Shown here: positions 46,950-55,295 of the stretch, piece after piece
Layout of the letters: each line of letters starts with the position of its first letter
Numbering within the stretch: position 1 is the first letter of the stretch
Source of the DNA: a virus
Virus record (IMG/VR): IMGVR_UViG_3300044712_001062
Coordinates: 32,001 to 96,000 of that record
DNA length: 64,000 nt
Strand: one strand, 5' to 3'
Program-made: the position numbers and the translations under genes
The notes under the pieces: model-generated
Database searches by the model: none
Seen by the model: the letters and a program-made list of their open reading frames with translations, nothing else
Told to the model about the DNA's origin: nothing

Positions 46950-47402
46950 TTAAATGTTTGTCTGGTTAGAATTTTTGTAGTTAAGGATCTCTGAATCGCA
47001 AAGTTGATCGCAAATTGAGGTATAGTGATTTTCTCTTGGATTCCATGTGAGGGTTATGTGGGTGTTGGTGAATAGGGCTTGGCCAAGGATGGTGATTGTA
47101 TTGTGGAGTTTTTTTAAGGTTGGATTGTTGATTTTGTAAGAGCCGTTTAGTTGGTTGATTAGTAATTGTGAATCGCTTATGAGGTGGATATCAGTTTCAT
47201 TGGTGATTAGGTGTTTGTTATGCATGAGGTAGGTTAGTGCTTCGATCATGGCTGTGTACTCAGCGATGTTGTTAGTGGTGTTAATGCCTACTATGCCGGA
47301 TGATTGGTGAGCAAGGCGATCATCTATGAGGATTACATAGGCGAATGCTGCGATTCCTGGATTGGGTTGTGCCCCTCCATCTGTGTAGATTTTAAGTGTC
47401 AT
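46950..47402 (-). CDS. rnhA: Ribonuclease HI
   Basis: IYTDGGAQPNPG, TNNIAEY, SDSQLLINQLNGSYKI, PRENxxxxxCDQL: D-E-D-D catalytic set. Confidence 0.92.
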   Translation of the reverse strand: MTLKIYTDGGAQPNPGIAAFAYVILIDDRLAHQSSGIVGINTTNNIAEYTAMIEALTYLMHNKHLITNETDIHLISDSQLLINQLNGSYKINNPTLKKLHNTITILGQALFTNTHITLTWNPRENHYTSICDQLCDSEILNYKNSNQTNI

Positions 47403-47412
47403 GATAGATCCT

Positions 47413-47802
47413 TTATGGTCTTCTCAATTTGTGGTTAATGATATATAGTTCTCGTCTACGATCACATATCATGTGAATTGAGAATATTGTTTTCCCATTG
47501 ACTATTATTTCGATTGGCCTATATAAACTGATGATGTAGCAAAGTCTTTTTTCTTTTGATTTGAGAGGTTTTTTGTCCATGAAATATGCTGTTATTATTT
47601 CGGTGAGGTATTGTTCCATTTGAGGATCATCAACTATTATTGAGTAGGTATAATTATGGTGATAGAGATGTTGTTTATTTGCTACGTGATATATTGCGTA
47701 TTTTAGGGGGTTTCCCATGAACTCTTTTGTGATGGATTTTTTAATGTTGTTGATTGTGACGTGAGTGATTGGTGGTTTGGTCGATATGGAGATTAATACC
47801 AT
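47413..47802 (-). CDS. Hypothetical protein
   Basis: 129-aa ORF with a TATA-like sequence upstream; co-oriented with rnhA. Confidence 0.55.
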   Translation of the reverse strand: MVLISISTKPPITHVTINNIKKSITKEFMGNPLKYAIYHVANKQHLYHHNYTYSIIVDDPQMEQYLTEIITAYFMDKKPLKSKEKRLCYIISLYRPIEIIVNGKTIFSIHMICDRRRELYIINHKLRRP

Positions 47803-47865
47803 AGGATCTATTAGTTGGGATGATATTTATATTTTGTGATTTATATATGGGCAATGAGAATAGTG

Positions 47866-47930
47866 TGGTGATCAAATTTGTGGTGATGGACGATCTTGTG
47901 GTGATGGACGGGTTTTGGTAATGGGCGATC
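47866..47930 (+). repeat. Short tandem repeats (TTGTGGTGATGGACG-like, ~18-bp period)
   Basis: tttgtggtgatggacgatc / ttgtggtgatggacgggt / tttggtaatgggcgatc. Confidence 0.6.
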
Positions 47931-48376
47931 TATTGAATATGATGTATAGGATAAAGGTTGATAGTGGTGTGGTTGATTTAGATTATTTGAATAAGATTGG
48001 GAGGTGTGATGAGTATTTTAGGTTGAAGGCTTTTGAATGGTGGATGAATGATAAGATGGGGGGTTTTGATAAAGTGGTTTTTGATAATGGTGGGATGTTT
48101 GTATTGAAGAATGAGAGAATGGTTGGCAGTGAATGGGGGATAGATGATCAAATTGAGGGTGATGAGTTTTATAAATGGGGGATTGATGAATTTTGTAAGG
48201 CGATGTTTGTTTTTGGCGATTGGTGGAGGTGGGAGAGATTTCCTGGAGATTTGTATTTTGTAAAGGGGTGTGTTATTAGGGATATGATTGATGAATTGTG
48301 GAAAGGTGGTGAGGATTGGCTGGCATGTGCATTGGTGAAAAGTTTGGATAGGGGTGAAGGTATTGTTTATACTTAG
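47915..48376 (+). CDS. Hypothetical protein (acidic, Trp/Gly-rich)
   Basis: 153-aa open frame; composition shaped by the local G/T skew. Confidence 0.5.
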   Translation: MVMGDLLNMMYRIKVDSGVVDLDYLNKIGRCDEYFRLKAFEWWMNDKMGGFDKVVFDNGGMFVLKNERMVGSEWGIDDQIEGDEFYKWGIDEFCKAMFVFGDWWRWERFPGDLYFVKGCVIRDMIDELWKGGEDWLACALVKSLDRGEGIVYT

Positions 48377-48490
48377 GGATTTTAATGGGGGTTAAAAATG
48401 AAGATTAATTACTAATCAATTATTGGGGTTTAAAAATGAGAAAGGTTTACTAATTGATTATTGATAGAGGATCTGAAAATAATGTGATGA

Positions 48491-49219
48491 TCAAATTTCA
48501 TCGAATTTTAATTTACGTGTTTTGATTTTTTCATATACGAGGCGGCGATCTTTCATGGTAGTTGGCTTTCCACAGTCAAGTCTTACATTGAAACGGGGAA
48601 CATTCATGTGCATGTGTTTGTATAGTGCGAGATTGAGATCGTGGTGTTTGCGTTCATCTTCGTTTACGATGTGAGCAATACCAGTAATTTTCTTTTTATT
48701 GTGGTTATTTGGATCATGTTGGAATTCGTGCTGATTTGTTTCACAATCTATTGAGCAGAATGAGCAGTCATATGGATTGGTTGTTTTGAAGGCACGTCCA
48801 CACCACTCACAGTAGTACCAGATGGAACGATACCCACGATTATTATCAGCGCAATGTCGGCTGCAATAGATTTTCCGACCTTCTTCAATGTGAATTGAGT
48901 AGGCTTGAAAATCAGAGAAACATGCTGCACATCGTTTGGTCAGGAGTCCATCAGGTTTGATTTTGTTTTTATTGGATGGTTTAAACCGATTGGAATTTCC
49001 ACAATGCTTACAATATTGCTGATCTTTTTTATTGGTGAATTTAATTCGACCACATCTATCGCAGATTAAGACGAAACCGGATTTTGAGCCACGCCCGCAT
49101 GGGGGTCGTTGATCTTCTACGATTTGCTTGTGTGCTGCGAATTTGGGATTGCGGAAGTTGTTTCGGTAGTCTTTTTCGGTTGCGAGTTTTATGAATTCAT
49201 CAAATGGAATGGTTGACAT
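48491..49219 (-). CDS. Multi-Zn-finger protein (CxxC...YCSxxC repeats)
   Basis: CDRCG, CKHCG, CAAC...YCSRHC, CEWCG...FCSIDC; ACTTGGAGAAAC RBS. Confidence 0.75.
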   Translation of the reverse strand: MSTIPFDEFIKLATEKDYRNNFRNPKFAAHKQIVEDQRPPCGRGSKSGFVLICDRCGRIKFTNKKDQQYCKHCGNSNRFKPSNKNKIKPDGLLTKRCAACFSDFQAYSIHIEEGRKIYCSRHCADNNRGYRSIWYYCEWCGRAFKTTNPYDCSFCSIDCETNQHEFQHDPNNHNKKKITGIAHIVNEDERKHHDLNLALYKHMHMNVPRFNVRLDCGKPTTMKDRRLVYEKIKTRKLKFDEI

Positions 49220-50208
49220 TGGGTTTCTCCAAGTAATAGTTCTCCAAGTGGATATTATTGATCAATAAGTGAATTGATTGGTAATATATTGGTGGTTATT
49301 ATATTTAATAGTAGTGAGGGTGATATTTGATTAGTTGGAAAATTTAGAAGCAGTATATTTTTTTGATTGGTAAAATTGAGAAGAATAATAGTTTTGTTGG
49401 GTGTATAAGTGATTGCTTATAGTCTTTTGGTGGTGTGATCTGCAGTGGAAATCGTGCTTGGTGAGTGGAAGATTGGAGGGGTGATTGGATTGGAGGGTAG
49501 ATTGGGGTTGGATTTTTCAGGAGTTACAAAGGGTTTATATACTGGTAGAGACAATACTACTCACCTCTGGGATGGATGAATAAAGTAGTGTGTGTGATAT
49601 TGAGGTTAGAAATGGAATGGGGGCTGATGCTTCCCCCTTTTCCGTTTTTAAGTGCTACATATATATATGACCCCCCAAAAAAAAGGTGGGGGGTTTACCC
49701 AGGGACCATTGAACTATAACATAACCACAATTTAAATTCCAAGTAAGATTCTTTTTTATTTTAGTGCCAATTTTGTTTTCATATAGTATCTGCGTTTTGG
49801 GTAACAAATCGCAAAAGTGATTTTCAAAAAGGAGAAAGCACATGCTCCAGTTTTAAGATCTGGATTTTTATCTATCCCAAACTGACTTTCGGATCGATTT
49901 TTTTAGATATAATTCTCGCGCCTGCCAGCGATAACGATTTAATAAAAGATTATAAAATATTTATTGATCCCAGTTTGCTTCTCTTACTTCCCCCCGATTA
50001 TTGGCAAAATGGGCTTGAATCTGGAATTCGACAGTATACAATGCTTGGATAATTTTATCGAGCAAGAATTATACGGTTTGCTTTGTTTACAAATCAGAGA
50101 ATAGAACTTGCTTTGTTTAAAAAATCCAAGAAAGGTTTATATGTGGGCAATAAATGTGGAGGCTTAACAAAAATTGAGGAAAGTGGTGTGAAAAATATAA
50201 AATTTGAT

Positions 50209-50424
50209 CTATAAAATTTTCCACTTGGATCTAATTTTGTCAGACTTGAGGTAGGCTTTGGTGAGGAGATCTTCAGCACGCCTGATATCTGCATCAATGC
50301 CACTGAGTTCCATGAGTAAGGTGGTGGAGGCTTCTCGATAGCCACTTCTGGCCATTTCATTAGCGTGGTTTGTGCATAATTTTTTGATTTGGTTGATTTC
50401 CTGGAGGGTGCTTTCCATCGACAT
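50209..50424 (-). CDS. Small coiled-coil hypothetical protein
   Basis: 71-aa ORF with a TTTAAAA box upstream. Confidence 0.55.
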   Translation of the reverse strand: MSMESTLQEINQIKKLCTNHANEMARSGYREASTTLLMELSGIDADIRRAEDLLTKAYLKSDKIRSKWKIL

Positions 50425-50545
50425 ACATATTACATGGGCGTATTAGGTTTTAAAGGTTGTTATTGGGGTGTCTTGGATTGAGAAAATATGACATTTTGAT
50501 AGATGGGCTTAAATATATGGATAGATTTTTATAGTTTGGTGTTTT

Positions 50546-50620
50546 ATTTGTATGTGCCAAACGGGACAGATGACAAGGAAAGAGGAGAATCATTTCCTTT
50601 TTCCTGTTGTTTGTTTCAAG
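50546..50620 (+). ncRNA. Dispersed hairpin-RNA element, copy E
   Basis: TTTTATAG 50527-50534, 11 nt, ATTTGTATGTGCC. Hairpin GGGACAGAUGACA/UGUUGUUUGUUUC (13 bp, 5 G-U) + GGAAAGAGGAGA/UUUCCUUUUUCC. Confidence 0.72.
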
Positions 50621-50861
50621 GTGGTTTTCGAAATTTTATAATACCCGAGATATCGGTTATTAAATGCATGTTGTTAACTTTTCTATTTTGTTCAATGTGT
50701 CCGGAGCCATCGGACATTGGATATAATACCCCCGAATGGTGTTGTTAAATTATATTAATTGATTATTATAATTTGTTCATCGGTCAGTGTAACACGGACC
50801 AGCCTAAACTTATAAAGATTTTGGTGCGCAAATGTTTCTGGCTAAAAGAGTTCAAAGACTG

Positions 50862-50924
50862 CTCTAAACAAAACAAAGAAGGAAGGTTTTCCCTTTTCGT
50901 TTTGCTCGTTAGGCACATACAAAT
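50862..50924 (-). ncRNA. Dispersed hairpin-RNA element, copy F
   Basis: Minus strand: TATATAAA (50944-50937), 12 nt, ATTTGTATGTGCCT, purine-rich arm, pyrimidine-rich arm, then GTTTTGTTTAGAG. Confidence 0.72.
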
Positions 50925-51059
50925 AAGTATTGACTGTTTATATACTTATTGATGGCACACACATTCGAACGCTATTGAGGTTGTTGGTTGGTGGTATGGT
51001 TGATCGTTTTATGGATTATAATGGCATGGTGTGATGATGTGAGATGATGATAGGCATTT

Positions 51060-51193
51060 TTTCGCGGTAACTATAGAGGTTTTTTGTATTGTCTTTTTTT
51101 AGAAAAAATACCTGGAAAAGTTTAGGTAAAAATTTCGCGGTAACTGGGAAGACTTTTTTCTTTGTTTTTTTAAATTAAAAATACCTGGAAAAG
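51060..51193 (+). repeat. Two imperfect 73-bp tandem repeats
   Basis: TTTCGCGGTAACT at 51060 and 51133; ATACCTGGAAAAG at 51108 and 51181 (both 73 apart). Confidence 0.8.
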
Positions 51194-51843
51194 CAAAGTT
51201 AAAAAATTTTAGTAAAGTTAAAAGATGTTGAATTGTGTGGTCACTTATATCCTGGGATTAATATATTAAAATTTGAATAAAAGTAAGGTGGTTTGATAGG
51301 TAGTATTATAGTAGGTTGTGGTGTTGTTTGGTATTTAAAGGAAGATAGATCGATAGGTTTATATATTTTTAGATCTAATTTTATTATGTCAAAGGTGAAG
51401 TGAATGTATAAATCAAAAATGTATAAAACCAAAGTGGCTTTGTTGTTTGGACTGAATACTGTATTATTGTATACAATTGTATTTGTATCATGGTTTAAGG
51501 TGTTCTGATGTTGTTACAAGGTGAATACCCCCATTTGGTTGAAGGACTTATAAATCAGTACAAATGTTTAAACTGTGGACATTATTTACAACTTGTTTCA
51601 CTTGGTTATAATTATCCAGATATGATAATATGCGATCAGAAAGAATGTTCATATATGAAGGTGCTATAAAATGGAAAAAATCGAATGTAGTTTAATTACT
51701 GCTATGGAGATCATGAATGAGAATTATGCTTTGTATACTTTAGAACGAGATATGACTAATTATACCTGGTATCATAATGGTGTTGGATTAGGATCTTACA
51801 ATGAGTATACAAAGGAATTTGTGTATAGGGAGGTTTGATTATT

Positions 51844-52272
51844 ATGGATAAATCAGAATTAATTAAAAAGATACTTGATAACATGGAATATATGGAAGAG
51901 ATTCGTGGAGGTATCTGGAAATGCAAAGATGAGACTTATCAGGATCTATACTTTGAGGCTCATCAAGATATGCTTCCTGATGATTGGAGATATAAGATGA
52001 TACATGATAGTTTGATCGCGCTCGGGGAAGTCGAAGAAGGCTATGATGTCATGGAAGCATTAGACAGCCATATACCAATTTATACTCATGAACTCATGGC
52101 ATGGATGGGATCAAGGAATGATAGATATAGTTATGTTGATCAGGCAATTGAAGATTTTGGTAAGGCTGACAGCATCATTAATGATATCATGGCGGGATAT
52201 CTGAAGGAATTGGAAGAGGTTTATTATTCAGTTGATCAGTGGATAGATGAACATGTTGATGAGGATTTATAA
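51844..52272 (+). CDS. Ocr (T7 gp0.3)-like acidic DNA-mimic / anti-restriction protein
   Basis: Very acidic helical protein. EALDSHIPIYTHELMAWM aligns by eye with Ocr AADNAVPHYYADIFSVM. GGAGGT RBS. Confidence 0.6.
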   Translation: MDKSELIKKILDNMEYMEEIRGGIWKCKDETYQDLYFEAHQDMLPDDWRYKMIHDSLIALGEVEEGYDVMEALDSHIPIYTHELMAWMGSRNDRYSYVDQAIEDFGKADSIINDIMAGYLKELEEVYYSVDQWIDEHVDEDL

Positions 52273-52754
52273 TGGTAGTGAATATGGAAGACTCAAATCC
52301 TATTGCATTGGCTAATGAGATGCATATTGTATATGATAGACTCAAGGATCATGAAGATTCTTTATGGCCTTTGGAAGATGGGGGACATTACCATAAGGTA
52401 TTTTTTGGGCAGATATGGATTAGTGATATTTGGAATGATGTTGAAGAAGCGCTTGAATCGTATGGTCTTTGGATAGAGACAGGGGAAGATGATGGCGCTG
52501 ATGTTTACGTATGTGGGAATGACACATTACATTTTTGTAAAAATTGCAAGTGGATGGATAAAGGAGAGTATGAATTAAGATTAGAGGTTTGTAGATGTTA
52601 TAAACCTCAAAATATTATCCAAAGAGGAAATATCTTAAAATTTGATCATTGCGATAAGGGATCATTGGCTTGCTATTATTATGTAGAAAGGACTGATGAT
52701 AATGCGAATGACTATAAGGATACATTAGAATTTAAAGCAGGATGTTATCTATGA
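52272..52754 (+). CDS. Hypothetical protein, acidic N-terminus plus Cys-rich C-terminus
   Basis: TAATG overlap with the Ocr-like gene; FCKNCKW...C...C. Confidence 0.7.
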   Translation: MVVNMEDSNPIALANEMHIVYDRLKDHEDSLWPLEDGGHYHKVFFGQIWISDIWNDVEEALESYGLWIETGEDDGADVYVCGNDTLHFCKNCKWMDKGEYELRLEVCRCYKPQNIIQRGNILKFDHCDKGSLACYYYVERTDDNANDYKDTLEFKAGCYL

Positions 52755-52966
52755 GTGATGATTTGAAATTTTTAGCGGATGAGATCAATAGGAAAAATGC
52801 TCTATTGCGATATTATCGTTCAAGGGTTGATCCTCATAGTCATATGGCTGCAATTGCCATAAGTGGTGAGTTAGAAGGATTGAGAAGGCAAAGGGATCAA
52901 GTTAAGGCAGATGTAAGGCTGGATAGGTTGATCAGTAGATATCCAAATGTTAGGAGGTTACTTTAA
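52742..52966 (+). CDS. Small hypothetical protein
   Basis: ATGA overlap; followed by a T-rich terminator. Confidence 0.6.
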   Translation: MLSMSDDLKFLADEINRKNALLRYYRSRVDPHSHMAAIAISGELEGLRRQRDQVKADVRLDRLISRYPNVRRLL

Positions 52967-52976
52967 TTTTTTTTTA
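52962..52976 (+). terminator. Archaeal oligo-T terminator
   Basis: TTTAATTTTTTTTTT immediately after the stop codon of a + strand operon. Confidence 0.5.
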
Positions 52977-52980
52977 ATGG

Positions 52981-53262
52981 CCAGTGATATTTTTGTGATA
53001 TTTTTGTGATATTTTTTTTTCGATTTTTTCAAGTGTTACGAATGTGAGATTTTTCACATCACAATTTTTCCAGTGATGTTGGTGTTACGAATGTCCAGGT
53101 TAGTGTTATCACAATTTGTTCAGTGATATCACAAAATAGTGTTATGGATTTGATGATTGGTGTTACTGTGATGTGGGTTTGTATGTGGTGATGTTAGATC
53201 GGCGGGTTAATAGTGGGGGGATTGACGAATGGTTGGTGATGTGGGGTTAGTGATATCACTGG
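52981..53262. repeat. Cluster of GTGATA/GTGTTA/GTGATG and inverted ATCAC motifs (iteron-like)
   Basis: GTGATATTTTT x3 in tandem, GTGTTACGAATGT x2, palindromes GTGATATCAC x2; non-coding. Confidence 0.7.
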
Positions 53263-53340
53263 GAATAAAAAACGGGGCGGTAGCGGTGGGTAATACATGA
53301 AAGCTGGTGTATATAAATCAATCCCAATATTTTCCAATTT

Positions 53341-53518
53341 TATCAACCGAAAATTTAATCAACCAAAAAAACATATTAAAAATTACACCCATAAAATTTC
53401 AAAATTACATCCACACCTCCATTAAATTTTATCAAACGAAAAATCTACCCAACCCCCTCCTATTTTTATCAAACGAAAAAATTAACTTTGATACCATCAT
53501 TCATTCTATCAAACGAAA
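53341..53518 (+). repeat. Four TATCAA(A/C)CGAAA direct repeats (iteron-like)
   Basis: Copies start at 53341, 53430, 53467 and 53507. Confidence 0.8.
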
Positions 53519-53550
53519 CTTTCAAATAATGTAAACAACCACCACCCCTT

Positions 53551-53793
53551 ATGTCTAAAAAACGCACTTGCACTTGTGAATTTTGCTCCACCACCTTCCC
53601 AACCTACCTCAACGAACTTCTCCGTGGTCGTGCACAAACTTGCTCCAAACAATGTGCAGGAAAATTCAAGCATAAGAGCGCCACGAGCAAAATATGCCCC
53701 ATATGTTCAACAAAGTTTTCAACTTACTCCAATAGAACTCATTGTTGCAACGAATGCCAAGATATATCAAAGGCACTCCTTTCACAACCTTAA
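53551..53793 (+). CDS. Zn-finger protein
   Basis: CEFC...TCSKQC...CPIC...CCNEC. Confidence 0.65.
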   Translation: MSKKRTCTCEFCSTTFPTYLNELLRGRAQTCSKQCAGKFKHKSATSKICPICSTKFSTYSNRTHCCNECQDISKALLSQP

Positions 53794-53807
53794 AATAACG
53801 TCAATAA

Positions 53808-54083
53808 GTGATCACTATTATGGAACCAATTACCATAATCGGCTATATCCTATCAGCTCTTATAGTCGGAATACCCCTAGTCTACACCTATTCGAAAAAA
53901 CTTGGTCTTGCCCTATCATTCATCTATGAATTCCTAAACATCATCTCATCATACATGAATGGCGATCTCGATCACGAATTCACAGATTCTGAAAAACTCG
54001 CTCTTGCAGATTCAGTAATTGCTCTCGGCAAGCGAATCGACGAAAATCTAGACATCGACGCCATATTAAATTTTAAAAAATAA
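53808..54083 (+). CDS. Small membrane protein (holin-like, uncertain)
   Basis: N-terminal hydrophobic helices and a charged C-terminus. Confidence 0.55.
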   Translation: MITIMEPITIIGYILSALIVGIPLVYTYSKKLGLALSFIYEFLNIISSYMNGDLDHEFTDSEKLALADSVIALGKRIDENLDIDAILNFKK

Positions 54084-54158
54084 TTGATCATTAAACAAAT
54101 CTAATTTTTAAACCACAAAAATGATCAGATCTCATAGAAAACTTTTTATAAAGTAAAA

Positions 54159-54446
54159 TTGCATATTATGTGTAGCATTTATTCGAACCGAAAACCTACA
54201 GTGATCACTATGGTAGATATTGCAGCAGAAAAAATCATTAAGGAATATCCAAATGGATATACTATTAGACAGGACGCCGATCTGACCAACAAGGAAGATG
54301 GAATTACTTACTCCGATTACCAGATCGTCAATCCGCAGGGCAAAGTCCTTGTTCACGATGAAGATCTTGGAGTTCTCGAATCCTTCATTGCAAACCCAGT
54401 GTTCCTTGAGCGCCTGGAAAAATCCGGGTCAATCGTCAAACGCTAA
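54159..54446 (+). CDS. Hypothetical protein
   Basis: Probable start at the internal Met (MVDIAAEK) with a GTGA RBS; followed by a T-rich stretch. Confidence 0.65.
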   Translation: MHIMCSIYSNRKPTVITMVDIAAEKIIKEYPNGYTIRQDADLTNKEDGITYSDYQIVNPQGKVLVHDEDLGVLESFIANPVFLERLEKSGSIVKR

Positions 54447-54558
54447 TTGACAATTAACAATTAACTTTTCAAGATACCAAATCACCTCCTTCTATTTTTC
54501 CCCAAACAAAACCATCCGAGTAATAAGTTTTATATACTCAACCACCCTACACTACTCC

Positions 54559-55254
54559 ATGGATTTAACATTAGCAATCATCCTATTCACTTTGATCGCC
54601 ATAACGATCATCTTCCTATTCCCAGACATAATCGGCCTCATAGCCATATTTGGATTATTCACCCTAATGTTTCTATTCCCCCTCATCTTCATAGGCTGCG
54701 GAACAAATCAAATCGCCTTTAACGAAGATACTAACACCACAACATTTGGCAAATCCCAATGGAAATTACCCTGGCAAAAATCCTCGGTAATGCCCAACAC
54801 CCCTGATAAAATCTACCATGATATAACCCTAACAACTTACACATCTGAAGGAACCCCCATCAACTTCTACTTCGACATGCAAAATGTCAAATTCAACAAG
54901 GTGGGCTTCGATAAATTCCAAATCCACAGCCAATCCGACTACAACAAAGTAATGAACGATCTAGTAATCCGAATTGTATCCAAACACACCTCAACATGGA
55001 CCAACGATTACGCTCATTACACCGGGACCAAACTAGACGACGAAATCGGCCAGGAAATCTACGACTACATCCAAAATTCAGATTACCATACTCTCTTCAA
55101 ATACACCGAAACCCCCTATGACAAGAGACGCCTCAACATGTTCCTGTTCTCAATAGCAGGTAGCAACGAACTCGAAAGTCCCTACACCTGTATAGATTAC
55201 AGCGGATACTGCCAAGGATTAACCACCGCAACAAACATCAAAAAATCCAATTAA
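54559..55254 (+). CDS. Membrane protein, possibly divergent SPFH/band-7-like
   Basis: Two TM helices, then GxxxWKLPW...TSEGTPI pattern; leaderless (TTTATATA 54529-54536 plus 22 nt). Confidence 0.55.
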   Translation: MDLTLAIILFTLIAITIIFLFPDIIGLIAIFGLFTLMFLFPLIFIGCGTNQIAFNEDTNTTTFGKSQWKLPWQKSSVMPNTPDKIYHDITLTTYTSEGTPINFYFDMQNVKFNKVGFDKFQIHSQSDYNKVMNDLVIRIVSKHTSTWTNDYAHYTGTKLDDEIGQEIYDYIQNSDYHTLFKYTETPYDKRRLNMFLFSIAGSNELESPYTCIDYSGYCQGLTTATNIKKSN

Positions 55255-55295
55255 CACCAAAACATTTTTATACTATTAAAAATATACTATAAATC

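Noticed and set aside
50503-50748. ORFs over non-coding elements (4282-4464, 4438-4632, 46490-46744, 49655-49843, 50503-50748, 51241-51432)
   Set aside because: They overlap promoters and hairpins, have low-complexity composition and lack RBS or TATA support.
50690-50810. Possible hammerhead ribozyme or tRNA between copies E and F
   Set aside because: Hairpins are present, but no CUGANGA/GAAA core or cloverleaf could be assembled on either strand.
50546-50924. Convergent element pairs as MITE/transposon terminal inverted repeats
   Set aside because: No target-site duplications, no transposase, interiors unrelated, and each end has its own TATA box and a G-U-dependent RNA hairpin. Copies G and H are unpaired.
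53307-53534. 75-aa ORF across the TATCAAACGAAA repeats
   Set aside because: GTG start, sequence dictated by A/C-rich repeats; more likely non-coding.
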